Shown: one piece after another, positions 58,493-64,000 of the stretch
How positions within the stretch are numbered: position 1 is the first letter of the stretch
Layout: every line of letters begins with the position of its first letter
NCBI GenBank assembly: GCA_951406725.2
Contig: OX597828.1
Span: 23,994,001 to 24,058,000 of the forward strand
DNA: 64,000 nt
Reading direction: 5' to 3'
Source of the DNA: Octopus vulgaris
Taxonomy: Eukaryota
Program-made: the position numbers and the translations under genes
The notes under the pieces: generated by a model
The model's input: the letters and a program-made list of their open reading frames with translations, nothing else
Told to the model about the DNA's origin: nothing
Database searches by the model: none

Positions 58493-58639
58493 ATTCTTTC
58501 TTTTATATGTTACAGTCCTAATGCTGTGGTCATAGTGGGGTACCATCAATGTAATCACTGTATAATTGTCCAATCCTATGTGATTAGCTTTTGGTGAAGG
58601 TGGGAGTTCGGCACTACTGCTCTCTTTTGAGCTTCCTGC

Positions 58640-59110
58640 CTTGATATTAGTTAATCTGGGATCTTGGATAGTAAGCGGTCAAGTTGCTTCTTGAAAACAT
58701 CTGACACTTCCCCCCACTCCATGGAGCCTCAGATATTTTGGCAAGGTATTGAATAGCTGTGAACCCTTGAGTCCCAAGCTATCGCAGTACATGATCCTCA
58801 TATTAGATGGGAGAGCTGGATACTTTGGAACAGTGCAGAGTCGTCTAATTCGACGTCTGGTATATCTCTCAATTTCAAAGGTTGGTCCCAGAACCTCCAG
58901 TATCTTCCACGTATATATCACTGCATACCACTCTCGTCTTCGCTCCAGTGAGTAGATCGCAGCTTTTCCAGTCCCTCGCAGTAGCTCAGCTATTCCATTG
59001 ATGCAATATTCCTTGAGTAACATCACCGAACCGCCTCAAGTTCCGTTATTAATCCGATACTGTAGGGTGACCACATTTGAGAGCAGTAGTCCAGGCTGAG
59101 GACAATAAGA
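58640..59110 (-). mobile_element. CR1-group LINE 3' fragment, older relative of the 31030 element
   Basis: YSLERRREWYAVIYTWKILE...YCDSLGLKGSQLFNTLPKYLRLHGV aligns with 31128-31500. Confidence 0.8.
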
Positions 59111-59637
59111 GACGATGTCTTTTGCTCAATGACGTAATGTGCCATCGAATATCGAACCCTTGCCTTACGCCCGTGAGCGAAATACCCCTAACCACTAAGG
59201 CTTCACAATAACGTTGTTACAAGAAGCATAGTCATATCAAAGACTAAAAACATTACATCCACAGTGCACGTTCTACACACATAATAGTCTTCTAACATTT
59301 ATATTATATATAGACATTTTTCATAGCGTTCTCTTCTGGCAGCAAATCCATAAATAACAAAAGGACCAATTATATACATATTATTAATAAATTGTCTGAT
59401 ATTTTTGTTCCTCAAGAATCGATTTCTGATTAAAATACAATGGAAAATTATTTGAAATAATTAAGTTGCATAGTCACGTCTATGCAATCTTCGTCGCAAC
59501 TTACATATATATATATATATATATATGAGTGCGTGTGTGTATACATACATATATATATGTAAGTATGTATGTATGTATGTATACACACACACATATACTT
59601 ACACACATATAATTACAAAACAAAAGGAAAATACACG

Positions 59638-59696
<59 letters not shown>

Positions 59697-60116
59697 GCAT
59701 TTATTCATGTATGCCTACAGGTGAAAGCGTGCGGTTGTACGTTGTGCTTCTTCTCTGAATTAGTACATTAAAGACAATATGATAAAAATAGTGAAACAAT
59801 GACTCTGTGAGTACATATAGTTGTAAACTTCATTTTCTTCTGTTTCGAAATTTTGCTGAATATATATGTATTATGGTATTGAGAGTATAAATAGATATAC
59901 ATAATGGCATACCTATATATGTGTATAAATGCAGGCGTATAGAGAGAAATATACACAGTCCCAAACATACGTATGCATTTATACATGTATACTAAAATAT
60001 AAATTATATGCACGTATGTGTATATATATATATATGTGGATGGATGGATGTGTGCTTATATGTATATGTAAATATGTACGTAAATATGTATATATACACA
60101 CATATATATATGCATA

Positions 60117-60168
<52 letters not shown>

Positions 60169-60250
60169 CACACATATATACATAAATTTAAATGTATACA
60201 AACATACGCACACACACATAGACACACACACACTGACACACACACACACA

Positions 60251-60311
<61 letters not shown>

Positions 60312-60848
60312 TACATATATACTGCATAATTAGTAGAAACACTAGAACAGAGGCAGCGAGCATAGAGGTAGAATTATGTTGGAAAGTAAATATGTATATA
60401 ATTAGCTCTTTTTAGTTGGGATATTATCACCCATTCTATACTTAACTTACACACGCTGACATATTTTTAACAGAAGTTAATTTGATGATGTTAATGATGA
60501 TGATGGGGATGATGATAGTGATGGTGGTAACGAAGACTGCGACGACGATGAAGATGATAATTACAATGCACAAGAAATAAAACGGTTACAAAATCCTTAC
60601 TATATATGTGTGTGTGTGTGTTTGTGTATGTGTCTGTGCGTGTTTACGTATATGCTATGTGTGTGTGCATATACATATGTATATATATTCTTATCTATAT
60701 ATGTATATATACATACACATACATACACATACATATATACATATACATATATATATGTATATATGTATGTGTATGTATGTATATATATATATATGTATAC
60801 ATATATACATATATACATAATCACACACACACACACACACACATACAC

Positions 60849-60952
<104 letters not shown>

Positions 60953-61419
60953 TTGTCTTTTAAACTGTAAACCGAAAGCAGTCTGATACGATTTCATAAA
61001 ACCACAAAATCGAATGAGCAAATCTGAAAAACAAAAGGAGGTTATTCATCCGATTGATATAGATCTTTATTTTCTTATGCCTTAATCGGCATCAGCTGAT
61101 CGCCGCACTTGGTCACTTTCAATTGGCTACTTTCATAGTTATACAACCCGTATTCTTCTTGATATCCTTGCTGCTTAGCTTTCATTAAAAAGAAACCCAG
61201 AAAATGTCAGAATATTTTATCGATCATTGAAAATCTAATAGAAGACAGCTCGGTACAGAAAAGAATGTACTAAAATAGTGATTTCACAATTTAGAACATG
61301 TCTAGAGATTTAGTGAGGAGGGGACAGTCATTTACGATGACCGCAGAGTCCCGCGGGTATCTATTTTGTCCGGTGCGGTAACAATTCTGTCAGCTCACGA
61401 CCTTATTGGATACGCTGTA

Positions 61420-62180
61420 ATATTTCGTCTGTTTTTACGTTCTGTTTTGAAATCCGCCGAGATCGACTTTCCCCCTTCATCCTTTCGGGGTCGGTAAATT
61501 AAGTACCAGTTGCGTACTGGGGTCGATGTAATCGACTGGCTCCTCCCCCAAAATTTTGGGCCTTGTGCCAAGAGTAGAAAAGAATATTACGTCAATTTTA
61601 AGGTGGCAAGCTGGCAGAAACTTTAGCACGCCGGGCGAAATGCGTAGCGGTATTTCGTCTGCGTTACGTTGTTAGTTCAAATTCCGCCGAGGTCGACTTT
61701 GCCTGTCATCCTTTCGGGGTCGATAAATTAAGTACCAGTTACGCACTGGGTTCGATGTAATCGACTTAATACCTATGTCTGTCCTTGTTTGTCCCCTCTG
61801 TGTTTAGCCCCTTGTGGGTAATAAAGAAATAGGTATTTCGTCTGCCGCTATGTTCTTAGTTCAAATTCCTCCGAGGTCGACTTTGCCTTTCATCCTTTCG
61901 GGGTCGATTAAATAAGTACCAGTTACGCACTAGCGTCGATATAATCGACTTAACCCGTTTGTCTGTCCTTGTTTATCCTCTCTGTGTTTAGCCCCTTGTG
62001 GGCAGTAACGAAATAGGTATTTCGTCTGCCGTTACGTTCTGAGTTCAAATTCCTCCGAAGTCGACTTTGCCTTTCATTCATTCGGTGTCGATAAATGAAG
62101 CACCATTTGCTTACTGGGGGCGACCTAATCGACTGGCCACTCAAAATTTCGGGCCTTGTGCCTAGTGTAGAAAAATAATA
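61420..62180 (+). mobile_element. Family M SINE cluster (monomer plus head-bearing trimer)
   Basis: Core units near 61420, 61650, 61833 and 62018; the head AAGGTGGCAAGCTGGCAGAAAC is at about 61600. Confidence 0.85.
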
Positions 62181-63196
62181 TTACGTCTATCTTAAGACAA
62201 TTAGCTCGCAGATTCTTTAACCCACCACGGTTCTGTATTGAAATTCCTCCTTGACTTTTATCCTCTTGTGTCGATAAAATAATTATATTTGTAGTTCTGC
62301 GTTCAGATTCGGATGAAGTCAATTTTATTATTCAGTCACCAGATATCGAAAATATATAGTAAGGATTAACTGAGTAATTGTTTGACCTGGGGTTGGCGAA
62401 CTGACAATCGTTAGAGCATCAGTAAAATCTACTGTAACATTCCTTCAGGCTCTTTACATTCTCTGTTCAAATACTGCAAATGTCGACTTTGCATTTCATC
62501 CATCCGGGTTCAATACAGCAAAGTGTCAGTCCAGTAGTTGGATTGATGTACGTCACGGATCCCTTACTCTGAAAATTACCGAACGCTTGCTTAAAATAGT
62601 GACGGTTATGAATTCAGGAAAGTTGGTACATTGGCAGAATTATAATAAGAGGGAGAATTAAAACATTATCCGGTATTCATTTCTTGGATCTTTTATGCCT
62701 GAGTTCAGCTTACACAGAAAACAACTTTCATTTATCTTTCTTCACTGGGAACTGAATTTCTTCGTGCGAATAGGTGAATATAACATAGCGGATTTGAACT
62801 AAAAGAATGATAATCGGCCGAAACATAATTCGGTTACCTTTTCCCCCCCATCTTCCAGTCATCGTTTCACATATTTCTAACCCAAGTGTACAGGTTTTCC
62901 TGCCAGAACAACACTATTGTCATTCCATCCTTCATGGCAGGAGGTATATTCTGTTGATCGATAAACAACAGGATGAATGTCAAAGTTAACCTGGACGAAA
63001 TATAAAGTCACTGTTCAAAGAAAGGAAACAAATGCCTTAGGCATTGTATCTGACGCTGTAATGATTGTACAAAGTTTGACGCCATCATGGTTTCTCAGTT
63101 ATTTTGAGAATGTAAGCAATTACAATATACATTCTCAGGTGGTGATTCTGAAATATTTCATCGTCAACGTTGGCAATGTTTCAGTGAAAAAGATCA

Positions 63197-63440
63197 AAGG
63201 TCCTTCCCGAATAATAAGCTCATAAGACCGGTTTTCCCGGATTCTGTGGCATATAAATTTACCCCCTGGACGAGACATAGGTCCGTCCACAGAACACTAA
63301 TTTTTGTCAGGTGAGTGGACTGGTGCATTGTGAAATGAACTGTTTGCACAAGAGCGTAACACAACACCTGGTCCAGGATGCGAAACCACACTCTTATGAT
63401 CATGAGCTTAACATTTTTAGCACTACGCCAGGCACCTCCG
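63197..63440 (-). mobile_element. tRNA-derived SINE (head H2, tail B)
   Basis: Reverse-complement similarity to 3405-3652. Confidence 0.7.
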
Positions 63441-63594
63441 CAATGTTTGAGTAAAATTTTTGTATCACGAAATATGTTTGTCAAACCAACTAGTATTCAA
63501 CTGTGACTGATTTGGGAATCTGTTACCTAGCGGGATGCGAGATAATTGTCAGATGTCTGCCACCAATATCACCATCTTGATAGCTTATATTTTT

Positions 63595-63975
63595 TCTACT
63601 CTAGGCACAAGTCCCGAAATTTTTGGGTACTGTGGTAGTCAATTAGATCAAACCTAGTACGCAACTGGTAATTAATTTATCGACCACGAAAGGATAAAAA
63701 GCAAAGCCGACCTCAGAGAAATTTGAACTCAGAACGTGAGACAGACGAAATACCTATTTTTTTAATACCCACAAGGGGCTAAACACAGAGAGGACAAACA
63801 AGGACAGACAAACGGATTAAGTCGATTATATCGACTCCAGTACGTAGCTGGTACTTAATTTATCAACCCCGAAACGATGAAAGGCAAAGTCGACCTCAGC
63901 GGAATTTGAACTCAGAACGAAATATGGCTACGCATTTCGCCCGGCGTGCTAACGTTTCTGCCAGCTCGTTGCCGT
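63595..63975 (-). mobile_element. Family M SINE dimer
   Basis: Two core units plus the head CATTTCGCCCGGCGTGCTAACGTTTCTGCCAGCTCG. Confidence 0.85.
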
Positions 63976-64000
63976 ATCTTGATAGCTTAAAATCACATGA

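Overview
AT-rich, microsatellite-saturated, gene-poor animal DNA. The repeat repertoire looks like an octopus (coleoid cephalopod) genome; this is inferred from pattern recognition, not a database search. The only supportable host coding sequence is the terminal exon of a synaptotagmin-family gene (C2B domain, minus strand, 50409-50737). The rest is transposon debris: several families of tRNA-derived SINEs, R4/Dong-clade LINE fragments sitting in (TAA)n tracts, a near full-length decayed CR1-group LINE, RTE fragments, mariner and hAT remnants, MITEs and a non-autonomous Helitron. Almost all long ORFs in the track are microsatellite translations. The most interesting signal is a set of minimal type I hammerhead-ribozyme motifs of the Penelope-like-element (PLE) kind in at least three unrelated short repeats. 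One lies in the 3' part of an element with a tRNA-like Pol III head, a candidate ribozyme-bearing, PLE-mobilised SINE. Two SINE-LINE shared 3' tails are also visible, one with a compensatory stem-loop change.
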